Of a stretch of DNA of 51,651 nucleotides, positions 1 through 7,603 are shown piece after piece. Position numbers and translations under genes: made by a program. The notes under the pieces are model-generated. The model was not told where the DNA came from. It did not search any database and saw only the letters and a list, made by a program, of their open reading frames with translations. Source of the DNA: Candidatus Woesearchaeota archaeon (GTDB taxonomy: Archaea; Nanobdellota; Nanobdellia; Woesearchaeales; GW2011-AR15); the NCBI GenBank assembly GCA_038874655.1, contig JAVZBY010000002.1, positions 150,050 to 201,700 on the forward strand, given 5' to 3'. The first letter of the stretch is position 1. Each line of letters begins with the position of its first letter.

Positions 1-92
1 TCTACCACCATGACCAGTTGGTTGGCGGTCCCGAACATGCTCCGGTACTTGAGGTAAAGCTGGATGTAGGGGTTGTTCGGCGGCATGAGGTA
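1..92 (-). other. Foreign high-GC coding fragment at window edge (probable chimeric or assembly artefact)
   Basis: Bases 1-100 contain 56 G+C, against a strongly AT-rich remainder. The minus strand reads LMPPNNPYIQLYLKYRSMFGTANQLVMVV with almost all codons ending in G/C. Confidence 0.6.
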
Positions 93-293
93 GATGCCAC
101 ATTAGTAACTTTTACAATCTATGACAGTACTGGAAAAAATCAATTATGGCAAGATTCAGTTTCATCAAATATACCAAACACAGCAGGCAGAGAATTTGGC
201 ATTAGAATAGGAGCATGGCAAACAACTACAAGTGCTGCTGCTGTTATTGTTTATTTTGATTGGGTAAAAGTTGAGGTTCCTGACTATAACTAG
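90..293 (+). CDS. 3' fragment of a gene (beta-sandwich or lectin-like C-terminus), 5' truncated
   Basis: AT-rich codons from ~90 encode VDATLVTFTIYDSTG...FDWVKVEVPDYN*, with alternating hydrophobic strands. The TTG start at 18 lies in the foreign segment. Confidence 0.5.
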   Translation, partial: VDATLVTFTIYDSTGKNQLWQDSVSSNIPNTAGREFGIRIGAWQTTTSAAAVIVYFDWVKVEVPDYN

Positions 294-341
294 AAATAAT
301 AGAAAAAAACAATAGTAAAAAGAAAAAATCAAAAAATAAAA

Positions 342-2150
342 ATGGCTAACACAAAACAAAAAACAAATTTTGTATTAATTTTGTTAGTGTTAGCTATATT
401 CTTTAATTTATTAATTAATAATTATAATGCATATGCTTTCACAGGCACTTCTTTAAACTTCAATACAACAAATAATTTAAAAGAGATAGCAACTAATCCA
501 AATAATAATAACTATGATACAACATTATATAGCAATAAGTTAGTAGGTAATTATTCTGGTTTATATAATGGTTATTTTGGATTTTTAAATCAAACTCAAC
601 AAACTCAACCGATACTTATAAGTTTAATATATCCTCTAAATAAATCAGGAACTTATAATGAATCAATATCATTTAAATTTACTATATCACAATCAGCACA
701 ATATTGTCAATTATTAATAAACAATTCAGTTAATCAAACAATATACAACCCAAGTGGTTTAACTACAATAAACACATTTCTAAATATTGGTAAATACAGA
801 TGGCAAATAAAATGTTATAATTTTGAAAGCCAAGAATTTGATTCTCAAATAAGAACTTTAACAATTTTAAGAGCAGATGGTTTCTCAGGAACTAATTTAA
901 CTAATGTTGATATATCAAATATAACAAATTTAACATTAAAAAAACAAAGAGGACAAATATTATTTAATGGTACAACAGATTTATCAAAAGGAGAAAATTT
1001 AAAAGAAAATATATTAATCACTGAGAATAGTATTTTTGTTAATTCCTCTGCATTGCCAGAATTAAATAAATCAGCAATAATAACTTTCTATAATACAAAT
1101 CTACAATATCCTATAATTTTAAGAGACAATCAATTTTGTAATGATTGTTCTATTTTAGAAAATAATCAAAATATTACATTTAGTGTTCCTCACTTTACTA
1201 CTTATAGTGTTTCTGAGAATTCAAAATTAATTATATCAGATACTACTGATAGTGAGCAGAAATATGCAAATGACTTAATAACTCTTTACGCAAATTATAC
1301 AAACTTAACCTCTAGAGAACCAATAAATGCTTATTGCAATATCACTTTTGAAGATACAGGCACTTTTACAATGAATTTCGACGGAAATTTATATAATTAC
1401 CAAAGAACATTTGCAACAGAAGGTATCTTCTATTATAACATAAGCTGTGATGGTTCATTATTAAATTATGCAAAATTATCTGCAAAAGATTATGTTAGTA
1501 TTTCAAAGAGAGATGGACCCCAAGGTGCAAATTTAACAAACTTAGGTTCAGAAAGAGGAAATTCAACTTCTGTTGGTGTAGAAATAGCACAACAAGGAAA
1601 TATAACACCTATAAATTTAGAAAGCAAAATAATAACAAATGCTTGGCAAGGTTATTATGGAAATATCTCTGGACAAATAATTTTAGAAAGTCCGGATAAT
1701 AAAAGATTCTATGATTGGCAAATTAATGAACCAAAAGGACAAGTTTATGCAACAAGAGCACAAGATGTTAATTTTGCTACAATTAATTGTACCTCTGAGT
1801 TGCAAATACAACAAGAGGAGTTATTTTTAGGAAAACAATCCACAGATTCAGATAGTGTAAACAACACATTTAATCAAACATTACATCCAAGTATTAGTGT
1901 TGGCTCTATAATTATTCCTCAAAATACATGTAGATCTACAAATATGAATGTAAATGGTAATTCACAAAACACAAATTTCTATGAGATTTTACTTAGTGAT
2001 AGTGCAAATAATATTATATATACAGCGTTAATAGACTCAAATAAAATTGGATTTGACAATAATATATATGATTTTCAAATGTTGGTTGGAGAAAATGGTC
2101 AAGATTCAATTGAAACAACAACATATTATTTCTTTTTAGAATTAACTTAA
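342..2150 (+). CDS. Secreted modular surface protein: Ig-like domains plus C-terminal YYFxxEL-family domain
   Basis: Signal peptide ending AYA; Cys-paired Ig-like segments; many N-x-S/T sequons. The C-terminal ~210 aa (from ~1515) align with ORFs 3198 and 3934. Confidence 0.8.
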   Translation: MANTKQKTNFVLILLVLAIFFNLLINNYNAYAFTGTSLNFNTTNNLKEIATNPNNNNYDTTLYSNKLVGNYSGLYNGYFGFLNQTQQTQPILISLIYPLNKSGTYNESISFKFTISQSAQYCQLLINNSVNQTIYNPSGLTTINTFLNIGKYRWQIKCYNFESQEFDSQIRTLTILRADGFSGTNLTNVDISNITNLTLKKQRGQILFNGTTDLSKGENLKENILITENSIFVNSSALPELNKSAIITFYNTNLQYPIILRDNQFCNDCSILENNQNITFSVPHFTTYSVSENSKLIISDTTDSEQKYANDLITLYANYTNLTSREPINAYCNITFEDTGTFTMNFDGNLYNYQRTFATEGIFYYNISCDGSLLNYAKLSAKDYVSISKRDGPQGANLTNLGSERGNSTSVGVEIAQQGNITPINLESKIITNAWQGYYGNISGQIILESPDNKRFYDWQINEPKGQVYATRAQDVNFATINCTSELQIQQEELFLGKQSTDSDSVNNTFNQTLHPSISVGSIIIPQNTCRSTNMNVNGNSQNTNFYEILLSDSANNIIYTALIDSNKIGFDNNIYDFQMLVGENGQDSIETTTYYFFLELT

Positions 2151-2167
2151 TTTTTTATTTTTTTTTT
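2151..2167 (+). terminator. Archaeal-type oligo-T terminator
   Basis: ttttttatttttttttt immediately follows the stop codon. Confidence 0.45.
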
Positions 2168-2410
2168 GTTAATTTATGTTTTTCTCGTCTATTTTTTATT
2201 AATTAAATAATTAATTAATTTGTTAAAATAATATTATATAAAAAATAGTAAAATATATAAATTAGTTTTCTTATTAAATTTATAATAAAAAATAAAAAAA
2301 TAAAAATAATATTTTATTATTAATAAAAATTAAATATAAAATAAAAATAATAACTTTTTCTTTTTAATAAATTAAACAAATATATTATTTAATATATTTA
2401 ATTATAAAAA

Positions 2411-2425
2411 CGAAACATTTAAATA
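2411..2425 (+). promoter_or_regulatory. BRE/TATA promoter of the regulator-subunit operon
   Basis: cgaaaca followed by TTTAAATA, about 100 nt upstream of ATG 2528. Confidence 0.55.
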
Positions 2426-2451
2426 CTAGTTGTGTTATTATAAATAATTAG

Positions 2452-2481
2452 ACACAAATATACAAAATTGTATATTGGTGT
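2452..2481. promoter_or_regulatory. Palindromic operator candidate
   Basis: acac-a-AATATACAA-aa-TTGTATATT-g-gtgt: 14-bp arms with one mismatch, at the expected transcription start. Confidence 0.55.
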
Positions 2482-2527
2482 TGTTTGTTTAACAAATACA
2501 AAACAAGTACAGGGGAAAAGGGGTCAA

Positions 2528-3100
2528 ATGGAGATTGAATCTTTATTCAGCAGTACAAGATGGGAGATATTAAAAGCCCTCTCTCAAGCAAAATTATCTC
2601 CCATTGAACTTGCTGATAAATTAAAAACAACCTCTGCTAATATAAGCCAGCAGCTAAGATTATTAGAACTTGCTGGCTTAATAAAAAGTGAGAAATTAAG
2701 TAATTCTGATAAAGGAAAACCAAGAATTGTTTATTCATTGGCAGGTGATTTTTCTTTTATTGCAATAGCTTCAAATGATTTTTCTGATAAGAAGTTAATT
2801 CCTATGACCAAAATGCATAAATTCTTTTTAAATTCCTTTTTTATAGATGACCTAGAAATACAGTCTAACTTACCACAACTTTATACATTATTAAAAGATC
2901 ACTTTGATTTATTTGATGCAATATTAGTTCAAAAAACAAAAACTTTACTTATTTTCTCTAAAACAACTAAACAAATAGATGCATTAAAAAAAATTCTCAA
3001 TGATTTTAAAGAGATTAAAATCAATTTCTACGAATTAAACGACCTAAAAAAATATTCTCAAAATTCAATTATTTTGTATAAAAATGAGGTGAGCTTGTGA
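2528..3100 (+). CDS. Winged-HTH transcriptional regulator (ArsR-like N-terminus)
   Basis: TRWEILKALS..LSPIELADKLKTTSANISQQLRLLELAGLIK. ATG 2528 follows purine-rich aggggaaaagggg and is preferred over TTG 2468. Confidence 0.8.
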   Translation: MEIESLFSSTRWEILKALSQAKLSPIELADKLKTTSANISQQLRLLELAGLIKSEKLSNSDKGKPRIVYSLAGDFSFIAIASNDFSDKKLIPMTKMHKFFLNSFFIDDLEIQSNLPQLYTLLKDHFDLFDAILVQKTKTLLIFSKTTKQIDALKKILNDFKEIKINFYELNDLKKYSQNSIILYKNEVSL

Positions 3101-3201
3101 AAGAAATAACAAAATTATGGGAATTGCCCATAACACATGAAACAATTGAAAAAATAACATTCAACCAATTAAAAAAAATAACAAGGAGGGGTCTAATATG
3201 A
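3097..3201 (+). CDS. 34-aa micro-ORF MKEITKLWELPITHETIEKITFNQLKKITRRGLI (not in ORF track)
   Basis: SD-like GAGGTGA at 3086-3092. GTGA overlaps the regulator stop and ATGA overlaps the next start. ATAACA recurs every 24 nt. Confidence 0.55.
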   Translation: MKEITKLWELPITHETIEKITFNQLKKITRRGLI

Positions 3202-3890
3202 AAAAAATAGAAAAAATTTTACTAACAGTTTTGTTAGTATTTGGATTGTTGATAAATTTTGTAAATGCACAACCAACAGGTGCAGATATAACAAGAGGTG
3301 CTTCTAGTAGAGGAGTAAACCCAACAGTTACTACACAAGAAGCACAAGCAGGTAATGTAACAGGTTTAGTAATTAATCAAACAAGTATAACAAGAATATG
3401 GCAAGGTTTCTATGGAAATGTCTCTGGACAAATTGTTTTAGAAAATTCAGCAGGAAACAACTTTTATGATTGGACTTTAGCTACTGTTTCAGGACAGGTA
3501 TATGCATCAAGAAATTTAGTTTCAGATTGGACAAGTGTTAATTGTACAAATAGCTCACAATGGGAAGCAGAAGAATTAGCATTAAACATACCTTTAACTT
3601 CAGTTGAGGGTATTAATGAAACGTATAGTTTGACTACACATCCATTATTCACAGTTGGAAATATCCCAGTTCAAAATTGTAGATCTACAAGACCTTACAA
3701 TAGCACAGGTCAGCCTGGCAATTTTTGGAATGTATTAATTAATACAAATTTAACAAACACAGTTTATGTATCAGTTTTATCAGATGATTCAAGTGCTTTC
3801 GATGGCGGCACAGCTGACTTTGAATTGTTAGTTCCAACAGATAGAAGTACAGGTTTAGCAACATACTACTTTTATGTAGAGTTAAATTAG
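3198..3890 (+). CDS. Secreted YYFxxEL-family protein (candidate major subunit)
   Basis: Strong SD aggagggg; signal peptide VNA|Q; motifs WQGFYGNVSG, FYDW, GQVYASR; two Cys; ends YYFYVELN. Confidence 0.8.
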   Translation: MKKIEKILLTVLLVFGLLINFVNAQPTGADITRGASSRGVNPTVTTQEAQAGNVTGLVINQTSITRIWQGFYGNVSGQIVLENSAGNNFYDWTLATVSGQVYASRNLVSDWTSVNCTNSSQWEAEELALNIPLTSVEGINETYSLTTHPLFTVGNIPVQNCRSTRPYNSTGQPGNFWNVLINTNLTNTVYVSVLSDDSSAFDGGTADFELLVPTDRSTGLATYYFYVELN

Positions 3891-3933
3891 ATAAATTATA
3901 TAATAAATTAAGAGAATAAAAAATTGATAAAAA

Positions 3934-4737
3934 GTGAATAAAATGAAAAAGCCCAATACAAAAAAATTAAGCAATTGCAATAATACTTGCAATAACCATG
4001 TTAAAATTAATCTTTGCAATTGCTTTAAATTATTTTTAATACTTTCAATTATACTTTTTGTATTGGGCAAAAATGCTTTAGCACAACAAACAGGAGCAAC
4101 AGTAACAAACATTAGCTCTTCAACTAAACCAATAGCTAGTGCAGACTGGAACAATCAATCAAAGGGTTTCATTCACACATTAAGATTAACAGCAGAACAA
4201 CAAGATATGAAGTGGAAAGCATATGTAGGAAATGTTTCCTCAACCTTTGTTTTAGATGATGCAAATGATTACTCTATATATCAATGGAATGTAGATAGCT
4301 TTACAGGTCAAGTTTATATAACAAGAAAACAAACAGCTCCTCTATGGAGCTCAATATCATGTGCAACAGAAGCAAATAAAATTTCAGAGGACAATAGTTT
4401 AGGTCATATATCCTCAGCAGCAGACAGTATTAATAGAACATTTGCAACAAGAATTCATAATAACATAACAATAGGAACATTTACTATTGGTAATAATACA
4501 TGTTATGCAACAACATTGTGGCAAAATAATGCTCCAGTACCACAAACTAGCAGTGCACCATGGCAAGAAATAGTTTTAACAGATACAACATCCTTAATTT
4601 ATGCAGTCTTTGTAGAAAATGATAAAATTGGTTATAGAGCAGATGGAACAACTTATGATTTTCAAGCAATTGTTCCAGAAAATGCAACAGCAGGCAGTTC
4701 AACAGTACCTTATTACTTTTACTTAGAACTAAGGTAA
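3934..4737 (+). CDS. Secreted YYFxxEL-family paralog
   Basis: Signal peptide ALA|Q; motifs WKAYVGNVS, GQVYITR, YDFQAIV; ends YYFYLELR. Start codon uncertain (GTG 3934 or ATG 3943). Confidence 0.8.
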   Translation: MNKMKKPNTKKLSNCNNTCNNHVKINLCNCFKLFLILSIILFVLGKNALAQQTGATVTNISSSTKPIASADWNNQSKGFIHTLRLTAEQQDMKWKAYVGNVSSTFVLDDANDYSIYQWNVDSFTGQVYITRKQTAPLWSSISCATEANKISEDNSLGHISSAADSINRTFATRIHNNITIGTFTIGNNTCYATTLWQNNAPVPQTSSAPWQEIVLTDTTSLIYAVFVENDKIGYRADGTTYDFQAIVPENATAGSSTVPYYFYLELR

Positions 4738-4805
4738 ATTAAAAATCTTATTTCTTTTTTATTTTTTCAGAAAAGTATATAAACATATTTTTCTTAACTA
4801 AAATT

Positions 4806-5156
4806 ATGCACAAAAAAATAATTCATTCTCATACTCACAAAAACAATGAACAATTAAAAAGTTATGTTAAAGAAAAATTTCCAAAAAAGCAATATGTTTA
4901 CAAAATAAGACCAAGAAAACCTGGTGAAATTTTCATAGGCGAAATATTATTTGCTATCTTTCTTATTTTCATGTTAATAATGCTTTATCTAAATTATGAA
5001 TCAAATTTAAAATATCAAAATGAAAATAAACCAAAAACAGAGAACAAATCCGAAGTTGATATTAATATAGAGGTTCATAATCAAAAAAATTTTGATTCTA
5101 AAACTATTATAAATGAGGTATTTGAAATAAATGAACTGTTGTTCTATAAATTATAA
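4806..5156 (+). CDS. Small single-pass membrane protein, unknown function
   Basis: One hydrophobic stretch (ILFAIFLIFMLIMLYL); TATA-like tatataaa upstream. Confidence 0.55.
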   Translation: MHKKIIHSHTHKNNEQLKSYVKEKFPKKQYVYKIRPRKPGEIFIGEILFAIFLIFMLIMLYLNYESNLKYQNENKPKTENKSEVDINIEVHNQKNFDSKTIINEVFEINELLFYKL

Positions 5157-5268
5157 AAAATAATCACTTAAACCCAATCTTTATAAATTACTAAAACTTC
5201 ACAATTGTTAATTTGATTTTAAATTCTAAAAAATTTTAAAATATAATTTTAAGTATGAGGTGAAAAAA

Positions 5269-5877
5269 ATGTTTCAATTACCAAAATTGCCTTATAAATA
5301 TGATGCGTTAGAGCCCTATATAGACGCAAAAACAATGGAAATACATCATACAAAACATCATCAAGCGTATGTTGATAATGCAAATAAAGCATTGGAAAAA
5401 TATCCAGAGTTATTGAAAAAACCAGTAGAAGAACTTTTAAAAGATTTATCAAAAATACCTGAAGAAGCAAGAACAGCATTTAGAAATCATGGTGGAGGTG
5501 TTGCAAATCATAATCTTTTTTGGACAATTATGACACCAAATTCAGATAAAGTTCCTAAAGGAGAAATTGCAAATGCAATTGAAAAGGAATTTCAAAGTTT
5601 TGAAAAATTTAAAGAAATTTTTTCAAGTGCTGCAATGTCAAGATTTGGATCAGGATGGGCATGGCTTGTCTTTAATAAAGGAAGATTAGAAGTTTATAAT
5701 TTACCAAATCAAGATACACCTCTAAGTGAGGGGAAAATTCCTCTATTGGCTTTGGATGTTTGGGAACATGCATATTATTTAAAATATCAAAATAGAAGAA
5801 AAGAATATGTGGATAATTGGTGGAATGTTGTAAATTGGAAAGAAGTAGATAGATTATTTAGAGAAGCAAAAAAATAA
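5269..5877 (+). CDS. sodA: Fe/Mn superoxide dismutase (Mn-type signature)
   Basis: [46 protein letters not shown]; SD gaggtga precedes ATG 5269. Confidence 0.95.
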   Translation: MFQLPKLPYKYDALEPYIDAKTMEIHHTKHHQAYVDNANKALEKYPELLKKPVEELLKDLSKIPEEARTAFRNHGGGVANHNLFWTIMTPNSDKVPKGEIANAIEKEFQSFEKFKEIFSSAAMSRFGSGWAWLVFNKGRLEVYNLPNQDTPLSEGKIPLLALDVWEHAYYLKYQNRRKEYVDNWWNVVNWKEVDRLFREAKK

Positions 5878-5915
5878 ATAACCACTTAAAAAGAAAATAA
5901 TAAAGAGGTGTTTCT

Positions 5916-6374
5916 ATGCTAAAAGAAAATGACAAAGCTCCTGATTTTGAATTATATGATCAAAATAATAAGTTGCATAAATTATCTAATTATAATGATA
6001 AAACCTTAGTTCTTTATTTTTATCCAAAAGACATGACACCAGGTTGTACAACAGAAGCATGTAATTTCAGAGATGATTACTCTGAGTTTGAAAAAAAAGA
6101 TATTGTAATTTTAGGTGTAAGTAATGACTCTGTTGAAAGCCATAAGAAATTTGCTGAAAAACATAAATTAAATTTTCCTTTATTAGCTGATGTGGATAAA
6201 AAAGTTTCAATTGTTTATGGGGTTTATGGACAAAAAAAATTTATGGGTAAAATATTTAATGGTATAAATAGGACAACATTTATAATAAAAGAAGGTGTAA
6301 TAAAAAAGATTTATCCGAAAGTTGATGTCTCTAAACATAGTAAAGAAATTTTAAAAGATATTGACAAAATTTAA
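5916..6374 (+). CDS. bcp: Peroxiredoxin Bcp/PrxQ
   Basis: LYFYPKDMTPGCTTEACNFRD motif. Confidence 0.95.
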   Translation: MLKENDKAPDFELYDQNNKLHKLSNYNDKTLVLYFYPKDMTPGCTTEACNFRDDYSEFEKKDIVILGVSNDSVESHKKFAEKHKLNFPLLADVDKKVSIVYGVYGQKKFMGKIFNGINRTTFIIKEGVIKKIYPKVDVSKHSKEILKDIDKI

Positions 6375-6479
6375 AAAATATTGTGATAAAATTTTTTCTG
6401 TTTTTTCACTAATTAAAAACATATTTAAATCTAAACTATTTATTAAATCATATTTTAATATTTTTATGTAGGTGAGATT

Positions 6480-7394
6480 ATGGAATATGATACAATAATC
6501 ATTGGTAGTGGTGTTGCGGGTTTAGCAGCAGGAATGTATGCTGGCAGATTAGGTTTAAAAACTTTGATCATTGGAGATATGCATGGAGGCACTATAACAT
6601 TAACTCATGTTGTTGAGAATTATCCTGGATTTAAATCAATTTCAGGACAAGAATTAGCAGAAAAACTCAAAGAACATGCATTAGATTATAAAGAATTTGT
6701 AGATTTAAAAGACGGTGTTGTTGAGAAAATTGAAAAAGATGGAAAAAAATTCAAAGTTAAAACATCAGATTCCATTTTCACTGGAAAAACAATTATTATG
6801 GCAACAGGCACAAAGTGGCGAGAATTAGATGTTGAAGGTAATGATAAATACAAAAACAAAGGTGTTCATTTCTGTGCATTATGTGATGGCTTTTTCTATA
6901 GAAATAAGATAACTGCTGTTGTAGGTGGTGGAGATAGTGCAGCAAAAGATGCTTTAGTTTTATCAGAACATTGTAAAAAAGTTTATATCTTAGTCAGAGG
7001 GGATAAATTTACTCCAGAACCTATTAATTTAAAGAGAGTTCAGCAAACAAAAAATATAGAAGTTATGCTCAATGTTGAAGTTGAAAAAATATTAGGCGAT
7101 GAAAAAGGCGTTACAGGTGTATTATTAAAAACAAAAAACGGAAAACAAGAATTAAAAATTGATGGTTTATTCACGGCAATTGGACATATTGCATTATCAG
7201 ATCTAGCAAAAGGCTTAGTTGAATTAAATGAAAAAGGCGAAATAAAGATAAATAGAAAATCAGAAACCTCTTTGCCTGGCTTTTATGCAGCAGGAGATGT
7301 AACAGATAGTCATTTCAAGCAAGCAATTACAGGTGTAGCAGAAGGTGTTATTGCAGCACATTCAGCATATAATTATGTTAAGAGTAATTTTTGA
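6480..7394 (+). CDS. trxB: Thioredoxin reductase
   Basis: GSGVAG FAD motif, CALCDG redox motif, GGGDSA, AAGDV. Confidence 0.9.
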   Translation: MEYDTIIIGSGVAGLAAGMYAGRLGLKTLIIGDMHGGTITLTHVVENYPGFKSISGQELAEKLKEHALDYKEFVDLKDGVVEKIEKDGKKFKVKTSDSIFTGKTIIMATGTKWRELDVEGNDKYKNKGVHFCALCDGFFYRNKITAVVGGGDSAAKDALVLSEHCKKVYILVRGDKFTPEPINLKRVQQTKNIEVMLNVEVEKILGDEKGVTGVLLKTKNGKQELKIDGLFTAIGHIALSDLAKGLVELNEKGEIKINRKSETSLPGFYAAGDVTDSHFKQAITGVAEGVIAAHSAYNYVKSNF

Positions 7395-7603
7395 TAATTA
7401 ATTCTGGTAAAATTAAATTTATTTTAATATATTATTATTTTTTTTAATTATTAAACTTTTTATTTTTTTAATTAATATATTTTCAGTTTTTTTTAACTAA
7501 TTTATTAATATTAAATTAATATTATCATACTTTTTATAAATTAACTATTAATTAGTAGTAAAAATAGAAAGATTTAAAAAAGTATAATTATTACTACTAC
7601 ATA

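Noticed and set aside
18-293. ORF 18-293 as a complete 91-aa gene
   Set aside because: Its first ~24 codons lie in the high-GC foreign segment; only the 3' part looks native.
2150-2410. Extremely AT-rich spacer (also 7395-7603 and 47706-47890) as replication origin or ncRNA
   Set aside because: No ORB motifs or GC-rich stems; consistent with background intergenic composition.
3097-3201. ATAACA array as a mini-CRISPR
   Set aside because: The repeat is only 6 nt with 18-nt spacers, and no cas genes are present.
3198-4737. Type IV pilins or archaellins
   Set aside because: No class III signal peptide; cleavage sites are AxA-type and the mature N-termini are not hydrophobic helices.
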